The notes under the pieces: generated by a model
Seen by the model: only the letters and a program-made list of their open reading frames with translations
What the model was told of the DNA's origin: nothing
Databases searched by the model: none
From: Nanobdellota archaeon
GTDB taxonomy: Archaea; Nanobdellota; Nanobdellia; Woesearchaeales; GW2011-AR9
NCBI GenBank assembly: GCA_030697505.1
Contig: JAUYPX010000010.1
Coordinates: 1-53,877, forward strand
Length of the DNA stretch: 53,877 bases
Reading direction: 5' to 3'
Made by a program: the position numbers and the translations under genes
Part shown: positions 45,370-53,877 of the stretch, one piece after another
How positions within the stretch are numbered: position 1 is the stretch's first letter
How the letters are laid out: each line of letters begins with the position of its first letter

Positions 45370-46193
45370 ATGAAATTAATTCTTCCCTCTAGAATGGCTT
45401 ATACAATCAGGAAAATCTTAGAAGAAAATTGGAGCGATTTTTGTAACAATAATCCTGTTACCGACTATCAAAAGAAAGAAGTTGAAAAGATGATACATTG
45501 CAGCAAGCATAGCTGCAACAGCAGAATATGCTCTTCCTGTGGCAAGAGATACACTGATCAATGGTCAGAGCAATTAAAGCATTACCTCTTTCCGATAAAA
45601 CATAAGCATATCGTCCTGACAGTTCCAGCTATTTTAAGGCCAACTCTTAGAGATTGGAATAATATCAAGATCTTCATGGATTCTTCCGCACTATTTTTAA
45701 AAAATATTTTCAAAGCAAAGGTATTGCCGTAATCACCATATTGCACACCTTTGGAAAAGATCTGAAATTTCACCCGCATTTGCATCTCATCGCTGCCGAA
45801 GGATATTTTTCTGACAACACTTTCATTCCGGAACCTATCTTTTTCAAGTCTAAATTTAATAAGATGTGGAGAGCAGTCGTTTTGAATAAGCTTGGTGTTT
45901 CTTTAGAAAATTATCATTATGGTTTTTATGTCTGGTGTGATCATAAAAGTACTTTCTCTATAAACTATGTTGGAAGATATGTCCGGCATCCGGCAATTGC
46001 CAATAGTAGAATTATTGTTTATGACAAAAATAATATAACTTTCTTTTACAAGGACAACCAATCAAAGAAAATTGTTATAACCAAATCGGTAGATGATTTC
46101 ATTTCGTCGCTTGTCCAGCATATTCCGCCAAAACAGTTTAAGATAATCAGGTATTATGGAGTTTATTGTAGGAATAAAAGAAGACTAATGTAA
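45370..46193 (+). mobile_element. IS91-like Y2 (HUH) transposase split by a -1 frameshift
   Basis: ORF1 has Zn-binding CNSRICSSCG and KHIVLTVP; ORF2 has HTFGKDLKFHPHLH, YVGRY and IRYYG; the frames join at tttttaaaaaa (~45694-45704). Confidence 0.85.
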
Positions 46194-46822
46194 TCTATTT
46201 TCAATCTCTTTTTTGATAGCAGAAATATAAAGATCAAATTTCAATTCAGCGCTCTTCCACATCTCTTTGCTGATGTCAAGCCCTTCGTATTTATTTCTGT
46301 TCCGTACTGTCCTGATGTTTTCCAAAAATGCCCAATCTAACTCCAAATCTTTAAAGTGGAGAACAACAAAGGCAAATAACCCCTGATGGTTGCTTGTTTT
46401 TTGCCGTTCAAAACGCATTAACTGGTCACAAAGCTCTCGAAAGATGTCATAATGGATATTAAAAATGACTCTCCAGCTTGGATCTTTTAGTTTTCGTAAA
46501 CTTTTTCCGAAGATATAATCTTCCATAACCATGAAGATAACCTTCTTTACTTCATCTTTATCCAGATTGGCTTCTTCATAGAACCCTTCTGTTGAAAGCT
46601 GCTCATATACATTAAAAGGACGATAGCTCCGCACTTTAGTGCGGAGTATCAGCCCTTTTATGCAAGAAGGACAAAGTCCTTCTGCACAGAAAGACTGTGT
46701 CTTTCTTGTGTCACAAAGTGCGGGGTTTAGAAAGCGCCTTTTTTCAAGCCACACACTTTAGTGCGTGATGAGGCGCTTTCCCGCACTTTTATGACTTGCT
46801 TTGCTGATCGTTCTTTAGGCAT
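46185..46822 (-). pseudogene. HEPN-like gene interrupted by a 185-nt palindromic insert
   Basis: The ATG at 46822 overlaps the upstream stop (ATGCCTAA). Deleting 46611-46795 yields MPKERSAKQVYEQLSTEGFYEE... (150 aa) with SNHQ and RNRNKY motifs. Confidence 0.65.
46611..46795. mobile_element. Non-autonomous palindromic element (PATE/REP-like)
   Basis: Four contiguous hairpins spanning the first to last base; two ctaaag/ctttag-loop stems resembling IS200/IS605 ends; no target-site duplication beyond GT. Confidence 0.65.
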
Positions 46823-47357
46823 GGATACTGACCTTAAATGGTTCGATACTATTAGTTATATAAAATCCTTTTGTGATGTTAGGGATCACCGTTCGGTCTA
46901 AATTTTTCTTAAGTATCTTCTTGTTTTTGTAAGCGAATACGTGTAGGTCTCGGTGTAATTTAGTCTCATATAATCCTTTATGAAACTCGGCATCATCTCC
47001 ATAGATAAATAAGTCGATATCGCTTGAATTACTCCAGTCGCCGCGTGCAAAACTTCCAAACAGGATGGCGGTCTTGATATCTTTACAGGAATTAAGGTCT
47101 CCAAAAAGCCCGCTTTGTTCAAGGAGTTTTAACCCATATAATCTTTTTTCGGAACGAAATTTAGGAAAATCTTTATTTGCTATGTAATAGGGCATTTTTC
47201 CCTTATTCTTAACGCGTATGATAAGTTTCTCATTAAGCAACTCTTTGAGAAAATGATTTACCCGCTCACGGCTTATGTCTGATTCTATAAGGATGGACTC
47301 AAAATGCCATCTTCTAAGTGTATTGTGGAAAAACAGTGCTTTAATCTTTTCTTTCAT
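46815..47357 (-). CDS. wHTH + nucleotidyltransferase (MNT) antitoxin-like protein
   Basis: N-terminal HTH-like ISRERVNHFLKEL; LFGSFARGDWSNSSDIDLFI. Confidence 0.8.
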   Translation of the reverse strand: MKEKIKALFFHNTLRRWHFESILIESDISRERVNHFLKELLNEKLIIRVKNKGKMPYYIANKDFPKFRSEKRLYGLKLLEQSGLFGDLNSCKDIKTAILFGSFARGDWSNSSDIDLFIYGDDAEFHKGLYETKLHRDLHVFAYKNKKILKKNLDRTVIPNITKGFYITNSIEPFKVSIHA

Positions 47358-47538
47358 ATTTAGTATGAAAAATCAAACTAATATTTAAATATATGTTATT
47401 TTTGTGATAGGCGCCTAAAAGTTTTTCTCCAGGTTAGATTTAGGGATTGATATTAAAAAGTACCAATGAAGTTATATCCTTAACTATCTAAATCATTATA
47501 AAGCATTTTTATCTTCTTTTCGTATTTGGGGTGGTGTC

Positions 47539-48522
47539 ATGTATAAAGTTCCCTTAGCGGAAATCAAACAGAAAATTCTGGCCAGCGATAAGCTTGGCAG
47601 CGATGAATTAGAATTAAAACTGAAAGCTAAAATCAATGAGCTTTCCGGCCTAATCAGCGAGGAAGGAGCCGCACATATCATCGCCAATGAATTAGGCATA
47701 GAAATTGTTTCTACCACCCAGAAAAAATTGAAGATAAAGGAGATCTATTCGGGCATGCGTAGTGTTACGACTGTCGGCAAGGTGGTGCGGAAGTTTGAGG
47801 TGCGCGAATTCGCGAAGGAAGACCGCAGCGGGAAAGTATGTTCAGTCATCTTAGGTGATGACAGCGGCACGATTCGGACCGTATTTTGGAATGATCAAGT
47901 GGATTTACTGAAGGATGTTTCTGAAGGCGACATACTGTTAGTCAAGGATGCCTATGTGCGGGAAAATAATAATGGCAAGGAGATTCATATGGGAAATCAA
48001 GGAAGCATCGAGATTAACCCCGAAGGAGAAACAGTGCAGTCAGTGCGGGAGTCAGCCGCCCATGAGCGGAAAAAAATAGCCGAGCTTCAGGATGGCAATG
48101 GAGCAGAGATTGTGGGGACAGTAGTCCAAGTATTTGACCCGCGATTTTTTAATGTCTGCCCAGGATGCAGCAAGAAAGTGACGGAATCTGCTGGCGCATT
48201 TAGCTGCAACAGCCATGGCGAGGTGAAGCCAGCGGTATCGTATGTCATGAATCTAGTCCTTGACGACGGATCAGGAAATATCCGTAGTGTTCTATGGAAA
48301 AATCAAACTACTCATCTGTTAGATAAGACCGAGCAGCAGATAGCCTTGTATAAAGAAAATCCGGCTGCGTTTGAAGAGATCAAGACTGATCTGCTAGGCG
48401 AGCAGTTGAAATTACTTGGACAAGTCAAGAAGAATGAGATGTTTTCCCGTCTGGAATTTAATGTGCAGATGGTTTCCAAAGCGAAGCCGGAAGAGGAGTT
48501 AGCTCGATTAGAGAAAGCATAA
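47539..48522 (+). CDS. rpa: Replication protein A (OB-fold ssDNA-binding protein, Zn finger)
   Basis: GLISEEGAAHIIA N-terminus; LGDDSGTIRTVFW and LDDGSGNIRSVLW OB folds; CPGC...CNSH. Confidence 0.85.
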   Translation: MYKVPLAEIKQKILASDKLGSDELELKLKAKINELSGLISEEGAAHIIANELGIEIVSTTQKKLKIKEIYSGMRSVTTVGKVVRKFEVREFAKEDRSGKVCSVILGDDSGTIRTVFWNDQVDLLKDVSEGDILLVKDAYVRENNNGKEIHMGNQGSIEINPEGETVQSVRESAAHERKKIAELQDGNGAEIVGTVVQVFDPRFFNVCPGCSKKVTESAGAFSCNSHGEVKPAVSYVMNLVLDDGSGNIRSVLWKNQTTHLLDKTEQQIALYKENPAAFEEIKTDLLGEQLKLLGQVKKNEMFSRLEFNVQMVSKAKPEEELARLEKA

Positions 48523-48524
48523 TC

Positions 48525-49013
48525 ATGGAAGACTGGGTTGCAAAGAAGTTATTGGAATTGGGATATGATCAGGAACGAAAAGAAAATGCTACATATGGAA
48601 ATCTTATTTCAATTTCTCGAGGATATTTAGGCGGTTTAATCTTACTTGAGGGAATAGTTGTTGCCCGGGATAGATTATCTGTTCCGATTTGTGATAAAAA
48701 TATCGCTGTTAGCGGTTTTCGGACTCAGAATTCAAATTCATTGTATGGAGATCTCTTTGAAAAGAAATCTGATGATGTAGTTATTGATCTTCAATTAGGA
48801 TATTTCAGTACCTTATCTATAAGTCCATTAGAAAAAAGATTTGATGGGGAAGGGGTTTGTTTAGATTATATCTCTCCAAGTGATAGGATTTATGTCGGTA
48901 AGGTTCGTAAAAATACTTTTACTTTAGTATTCGAAGACATACGAAAAAATCGTGTAGCAAGCTTTGAATTCTGGACCAAAGGCGAAATGTTGTATGTGCC
49001 GAGGAAGGGTTAA
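48525..49013 (+). CDS. Hypothetical protein
   Basis: 162-aa ORF 2 nt after rpa; no recognised motif. Confidence 0.55.
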   Translation: MEDWVAKKLLELGYDQERKENATYGNLISISRGYLGGLILLEGIVVARDRLSVPICDKNIAVSGFRTQNSNSLYGDLFEKKSDDVVIDLQLGYFSTLSISPLEKRFDGEGVCLDYISPSDRIYVGKVRKNTFTLVFEDIRKNRVASFEFWTKGEMLYVPRKG

Positions 49014-49113
49014 CGTAACCTACCGCGAAGGAAATTATTTAAAGAAAATGCACCTAAAGGAAACAGCTGATTATGGTTGAGCATCAAAAGTATGTAAATG
49101 CTACATCTCTCGC

Positions 49114-50820
49114 TTATTGTTTTGTTAGGATGAAATTTCCGTGTGGCTTATCCGGTCTATCTGCAGCACCAGTAACAGTATCCCATACTCCAGAAATCTG
49201 TTTGTCTGAAATAGATGTTGGTCTTAATACAAGACTGTCATATTGAAACTTTATTTCGCTCGGGTCACCCCTCACTGTTTCAGTATATACTGTGTAAGAT
49301 ATTTCACTACCTGCTGAAAAGAGTTTAGTGCCGTATTCGTATTCTGTTTTATAGAAATTAATTCGTGGAACGCCCTCTAATACATATGCACTTGCGAATA
49401 GGGGGGTGCTCTCAGAACTACTTCCAACAAGTTCACAGAAATAATCAGAAGATGGGCGTGAAACAGTTGTCTCACCACTGATCGAACCACTTGTATCTGT
49501 CTCTGTTATCCCGGCTGTTAATTCATCCTGTAATGCATCTGCGAGGCTCGATGGAACTGTAAAAGTTACAGTGAGGGTAGAGGAAAATTCGCCACAATTC
49601 TCCCTTAAAAGGGGCCGATATGTGCCAATCAAAGTTCCACTCCAAATGTCTTTGCCTCCACCTGCAGGCTGTCGCGCGGCTTCTTCAAAGCCCCCTTCTT
49701 TTAGTGGAGTTTTTGGTGGAGTATATGTCCATGCATCAAGTGTTGTTTTTATAGAAGTCCCCTTTTCAGTTACTTTCACTTCCTGTACCTTCGGAGAAAA
49801 ACCAACTGAAGTGATATGCGCTTCATAATTTCCAACAGGGACATAAACCTCTGCTTTCCCCGACTCATCAAGTGCGGCTTGCATACCAAAGCCAACATTT
49901 GCTTTGCTGAGTAGCTCGAGCGAACCAGTACTGAGGGGAAGGCCGTACTGGTCAGAAGTAGCGGTAATGGGAAGAACCGCTAGAGGTTTTCCGAGTTGCT
50001 CCCAAGTTGACAGAGTCTTGCAGCCAATAAATTCATAACTTCCAACAGTTACTACTTTAATTCTATTCCCTCCGCTAGTAGGACCGCAGGCTCCTTTCGC
50101 CGAAGCATCGAATCCAAAGCTCGCAACATCAATAACAACACTCCTCACACCAGGAATTTCTCCTTCTGTTACAAGGTGGAATATCCGCTCTGCAACCCTT
50201 CTTTCTATCTTTCCTCTAACCCAATCGGTATATTCATCTTCTGTAAATGCATGTTCTTCAGCGCCACTAAGGGTTTCTGCATATTTTCCAAGCGGTATGC
50301 CAAGAGAATCGATTGCCTTGGCTGCCAGCGGCACTATTCCAAGAAGTTCGTTCACCTGTCCAACAGCATCTTGAACTGGTTCAAGAAGTTCATCTAGTAC
50401 AATCTCCTGAATTACCGAACTGAGTCTATCTCCTGTAAGAGTGACAACAGGGCCGCCAACATAATCGCCAGTTTCTTCGCTATCATCCGCTACAAAAAGG
50501 CCCGTTGGTGAAGCGCTTCTACCACGGAGAATAACCATCTGCGGAGCAAGTCTTTCTTTAGGATCAACAATAAAAAGAACACCCTGGGAACCGCTCGCTC
50601 CAATAGCTAAGCCGACCGCCAATCCTTCTAGAGGATTACCGCTTGCTTCATCAAGAAAAACAAATGTAATATCTTCGTTTGCGATATTGAACGTTACTTT
50701 ACCATTTACATCTGTTACTGCTGCCGTACCGGCTTCCTGAGAAATCTCTTCCTCTGGTGCGCAGCCGCTGAGAAGAGCAAATACGAACAGCAAAAAGAGA
50801 AGAACGTGGGATGTTTTCAC
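49114..50820 (-). CDS. Putative lipoprotein/surface protein with a carboxypeptidase-regulatory-like domain
   Basis: Lipobox-like ALLSG|C; VPVGNYEAHITSVGF. Confidence 0.65.
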   Translation of the reverse strand: MKTSHVLLFLLFVFALLSGCAPEEEISQEAGTAAVTDVNGKVTFNIANEDITFVFLDEASGNPLEGLAVGLAIGASGSQGVLFIVDPKERLAPQMVILRGRSASPTGLFVADDSEETGDYVGGPVVTLTGDRLSSVIQEIVLDELLEPVQDAVGQVNELLGIVPLAAKAIDSLGIPLGKYAETLSGAEEHAFTEDEYTDWVRGKIERRVAERIFHLVTEGEIPGVRSVVIDVASFGFDASAKGACGPTSGGNRIKVVTVGSYEFIGCKTLSTWEQLGKPLAVLPITATSDQYGLPLSTGSLELLSKANVGFGMQAALDESGKAEVYVPVGNYEAHITSVGFSPKVQEVKVTEKGTSIKTTLDAWTYTPPKTPLKEGGFEEAARQPAGGGKDIWSGTLIGTYRPLLRENCGEFSSTLTVTFTVPSSLADALQDELTAGITETDTSGSISGETTVSRPSSDYFCELVGSSSESTPLFASAYVLEGVPRINFYKTEYEYGTKLFSAGSEISYTVYTETVRGDPSEIKFQYDSLVLRPTSISDKQISGVWDTVTGAADRPDKPHGNFILTKQ

Positions 50821-51008
50821 TTAAGAAAGTATGATTTACTTCTTATTAAATCTTTTGATATTAGTGGCTTCATCCAAAAAATAAATTAGCTCCTTTCTCT
50901 TTCTAAATTTTTATGGGAAAGCCGAATCTTCGGCTCAACCCACAAATAGACTCGATTCGCAATCGAGTTCTATACCCATCTGATCACGACATAAAGGTTA
51001 GAATCTAC

Positions 51009-51127
51009 CCACTGGACAACCCACTGGACAACTAACAATAGCCTTTAATTCTCCAAAATTTTCCACTTTAATGCGTTCTTAAACTATCCACTCCCGCACT
51101 GGACAACTCCGGCTGGAACTTATAAAC
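51009..51127 (+). promoter_or_regulatory. Three CACTGGACAAC repeats upstream of a TATA box for the radA operon
   Basis: ccactggacaac at 51009-51020 and 51021-51032, cactggacaac at 51097-51107; ttataaa ~51120. Confidence 0.5.
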
Positions 51128-51233
51128 TACCCCAAGTCCTAGTATCCCAGCAATCAAAAATTTGGTTGTGCCTCGCTGCGGTCAAAATTGGCCGTGGTTT
51201 GAAAAAAGATCCGAAAGGAAGAGGTCATAAAAA

Positions 51234-51512
51234 ATGACACAAAACGTACAGGGAAATTTCCCTGAGAAAAAATTTAGGGCAGGAGCGGTTTCTGCCACAG
51301 TATGGAATAACAAAGGCCAAAGGGCTAATGGGGAGGAATCAGAGTATAAGACTATTTCCATCGAACGAAGTTATACCGATAAGAATGGAAAATGGCAATC
51401 TACCAATTCTTTTCGTATCGCTGATCTACCAAGAGCGCAGGTGGTATTGCAGAAAGCATACGAACATGTAGTATTACAAGAGCAAGATTTATTTAAAGGA
51501 GGCGCAAATTAA
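51234..51512 (+). CDS. Small protein, probable PC4/Whirly-like ssDNA-binding fold
   Basis: PEKKFRAGAVSATVW...ERSYTDKNGKWQSTNSF...DL pattern; coupled to radA. Confidence 0.55.
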   Translation: MTQNVQGNFPEKKFRAGAVSATVWNNKGQRANGEESEYKTISIERSYTDKNGKWQSTNSFRIADLPRAQVVLQKAYEHVVLQEQDLFKGGAN

Positions 51513-51513
51513 A

Positions 51514-52551
51514 ATGACAGAAGCAAAAACTAAAGCCATTGTAGATGAATTGATTCAAGATGAATTGAAATCTAAAATGCCAAAATATAATGAACCAAGT
51601 AAGGGGCTAAAAATGGAAAAATTAACTTTAATGGACTTGCCTGGCGTAGGAGCAGCTACTGCGGAAAAATTAGAAAGCGCAGGGTATCATGACTTGATGT
51701 CATTAGCTGTTTCCAGCGTCGGAGAACTGATAGAAGTTACTGGCGTCTCTGAAGCGGTAGCGCGAAAGATGATCAATGCAGCCCGCGACAGCATGAAGAT
51801 GGGCTTTGAAACGGGAATGGATATCTTACGCCGTCGTGAATTAGTTACAAAATTATCTACCGGCTCAGCTAGTTTTGATGCTTTGATGGGCGGCGGGTTT
51901 GAAAGCGGAGCAATTACCGAGTGCTTCGGAGAGTTTGGATCAGGAAAAACCCAGATTGGGCATTTATTGACCGTCAATGCGCTGAAAGAAGATTCTACTG
52001 CAACTACAGTGTATATAGATACCGAAAATACTTTCCGTCCGGAAAGAATTAAGCAATTTGCCGAAGCAGCAGGAATGGATGTAGAAGACGTGCTGTCCAG
52101 AATCATGGTAGCCAGAGCCTACAATTCAGATCACCAGATGCTGTTAGCCGAAAAGATCGAGGATTTGATCTCCAAGCAGGGAAAGAATGTACGCTTGTTA
52201 GTAGTCGATTCTTTGACTGCGCATTTCCGGGCAGAATTTATCGGCCGAGGAACTCTGGCTGAACGTCAGCAAAAGCTGAACCGGCACATGCACGCTCTGG
52301 CAAGAGTAGCGAGCGCCTATAATGTCTGTGTATATGTGACTAACCAAGTGATGGCCAAGCCTGATCAGTTCTTTGGTGATCCCACTACATCTATCGGCGG
52401 ACATATCGTAGCGCATGCCTCTACCTTCAGAATTTATTTGCGTAAAGGCAAGAAAGGCACTCGGGTTGCGAAATTGATTGATGCACCGAATTTGCCGGAC
52501 GGAGAATGCTGCTTTGAAGTCTTAGAAGGCGGAATCCAGGACGCGAATTAG
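51514..52551 (+). CDS. radA: DNA repair and recombination protein RadA
   Basis: HhH LPGVGAATAEKL; Walker A GEFGSGKTQ; YIDTENTFRPER; VDSLTAHFRAEFIGRG. Confidence 0.95.
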   Translation: MTEAKTKAIVDELIQDELKSKMPKYNEPSKGLKMEKLTLMDLPGVGAATAEKLESAGYHDLMSLAVSSVGELIEVTGVSEAVARKMINAARDSMKMGFETGMDILRRRELVTKLSTGSASFDALMGGGFESGAITECFGEFGSGKTQIGHLLTVNALKEDSTATTVYIDTENTFRPERIKQFAEAAGMDVEDVLSRIMVARAYNSDHQMLLAEKIEDLISKQGKNVRLLVVDSLTAHFRAEFIGRGTLAERQQKLNRHMHALARVASAYNVCVYVTNQVMAKPDQFFGDPTTSIGGHIVAHASTFRIYLRKGKKGTRVAKLIDAPNLPDGECCFEVLEGGIQDAN

Positions 52552-52579
52552 TCGTTTTGAATTTTTATTTTTTTATTAT

Positions 52580-53686
52580 TTATTTCTTTTTCATTCTTTT
52601 TGCAATTAATCCTTCTTCTTTATGCCAGTTCATGACCTCTTTGACGGTTTGTTCTGTTTTAGGAAATTGCAATTGATATCCCAAACTGATAATCTTTTCC
52701 GGGCTGGCGGTGTGATCCCCAAAACCATACATCATCTGATGTTGCTTGGTAAGTTTCGCAATGGGATTGACCAGCCATCTCGGTAAAGGAATTCTTTGCG
52801 TGATTGTCTTTAAAGTAGGCTTTTGTAATTCTTCAGGTATTTCCTGCCAGATCATCTCCAGCAGTTCTTTTCCCGTTAGTGGGGTAGTATCTGAAGCCAA
52901 ATACGAAATATCCTGCGGATCTTTGCTTCTTGCTTTTTCATTTTTCTCTAAATAGTTTTCTGATTTCATATTTTCCATGAGAAAATAGCATATCCCTACA
53001 ACATCCCGAGAATGAACCATGGATGCTTTGTGCTTTCCGCCGTCAGGAAGAAGCATTGCTCCTTTGAGGAGCATATCGATCAATTCTGCATTTCCATAAA
53101 AGCTTCCGGGCCCAAAAATCCCGGCGGGGTCAACAATATTTACGGTCATATTGTTTGCTCCATTGCAAAAGGCAGCAATCTCCCTGCTTTCCTGCTTTGA
53201 TCTTGCGTAGGGGTCAGAGGGGTTTGGTCGTTTCTGTTCCGTAATCGCAAATTGTTCTCCTTTTTCCGCAAACTGCTCATGGCCGTATACAGACATGCTT
53301 CCAACGTGGAGAAAAGCTCTGACATCGTGCCGTATGCAGGCTGCAAAGAGATTGGTAGTGCCTTCAGCATTTATTTTCATCAGGAGATTTTCTTTGGCAT
53401 CATGCCTGAAAAGCGCACCAAAATGCTGAACGTAATCTATGCCTTTAACAGCGTGGTCTAATGATGATTCGTCAGTCAGATCTGCTTTTACAAATTGGAA
53501 ATCATGTTCGCTGTATCTATGTTTAACCGCATCAAGCCATTTTGGCTCTTGAATATCTGTAGCACGGACACTCTTTCCTTGTTCCAACAGATACTGGACC
53601 ATCTGAGTGCCAAGAAATCCTGCTGCCCCGGTGACCAGATATTCTGGGGCCAGATAAGATGGTTTTCTGGAATTGAGAGGAGACAT
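52580..53686 (-). CDS. NAD-dependent epimerase/dehydratase (extended SDR)
   Basis: LVTGAAGFLG, SMSVYG, YARSK; start re-assigned to 53686 because the longer ORF reads through the repeat. Confidence 0.85.
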   Translation of the reverse strand: MSPLNSRKPSYLAPEYLVTGAAGFLGTQMVQYLLEQGKSVRATDIQEPKWLDAVKHRYSEHDFQFVKADLTDESSLDHAVKGIDYVQHFGALFRHDAKENLLMKINAEGTTNLFAACIRHDVRAFLHVGSMSVYGHEQFAEKGEQFAITEQKRPNPSDPYARSKQESREIAAFCNGANNMTVNIVDPAGIFGPGSFYGNAELIDMLLKGAMLLPDGGKHKASMVHSRDVVGICYFLMENMKSENYLEKNEKARSKDPQDISYLASDTTPLTGKELLEMIWQEIPEELQKPTLKTITQRIPLPRWLVNPIAKLTKQHQMMYGFGDHTASPEKIISLGYQLQFPKTEQTVKEVMNWHKEEGLIAKRMKKK

Positions 53687-53738
53687 TCTTAATTTTGAAG
53701 ATCGCTTCTTAATTAATCTTCTGCAACTAACGGATCTG

Positions 53739-53877
53739 TAAAATCTGCTTTTTCCACCAGTGTCCTGAGAAGCGAAGCTTCTGGGATGCAAGAAATTAAG
53801 AAACTACTTAATTTCTGCACTGAAATCCGGTAGTTTCCTGATTTCATGTGCCAATAAAGTAGTTTCTTTATTGTGCA
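53739..53877. repeat. Second copy of the bulged-hairpin element (cut by the window end)
   Basis: 138/139 identity to 5443-5581. Confidence 0.9.

Noticed and set aside
46611-46754. N-terminal 48 aa of the 189-aa ORF as real protein
   Set aside because: Read-through of the palindromic insert; the coupled ATG at 46822 is a better start
46600-46810. Bulge-helix-bulge archaeal intron in the HEPN gene
   Set aside because: I could not pair the two boundaries into a 3-4-3 BHB motif; the hairpins lie wholly within the insert
675-53692. Numerous 60-175 aa ORFs antisense to or nested in longer genes
   Set aside because: Shadow ORFs of well-supported genes with no motifs or translation signals
53687-53791. 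N-terminal extension of the epimerase; likewise ORFs 5285-5551 and 5720-5944
   Set aside because: These frames run through the palindromic repeat and are probably spurious

Overview
Archaeal chromosomal segment, most likely DPANN (Woesearchaeota-like). This rests on RadA and RPA genes, TATA/BRE promoters, GGAGGTGA Shine-Dalgarno (SD) sites and many class III signal-peptide genes; the taxonomy is an inference. Layout: (1) 1-5.4 kb, an IS200/IS605-type left end plus envelope and glycosylation genes; (2) 5.9-24.3 kb, about 18 co-oriented surface genes, roughly 15 with type IV pilin-like class III leaders, including a 2083-aa Cys-rich membrane-anchored adhesin-like protein; (3) 24.5-45 kb, a Sec-secreted RHS/YD (TcB-TcC-like) polymorphic toxin locus with seven toxin C-terminal (CT) tip/membrane immunity pairs, orphan cassettes, relics, an IS110 and toxin-antitoxin (TA) modules; (4) 45-54 kb, an IS91-like Y2 transposase, an MNT-HEPN pair, rpa, a lipoprotein, radA and an epimerase. 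Best candidate for a new system: the RHS shell appears split into three separately secreted chains. The 1574-aa protein lacks an internal ~230-aa YD segment (replaced by SGGGG). That segment is encoded as its own signal-peptide protein with Ig/PKD-like domains, followed by a signal-peptide 'core + toxin' cartridge gene. Second theme: a dispersed family of branched hairpin elements with a single bulged base near the stem base. One interrupts a HEPN gene and a related branched palindrome sits in frame in a pilin leader. All assignments come from motif reading only; no searches were run.
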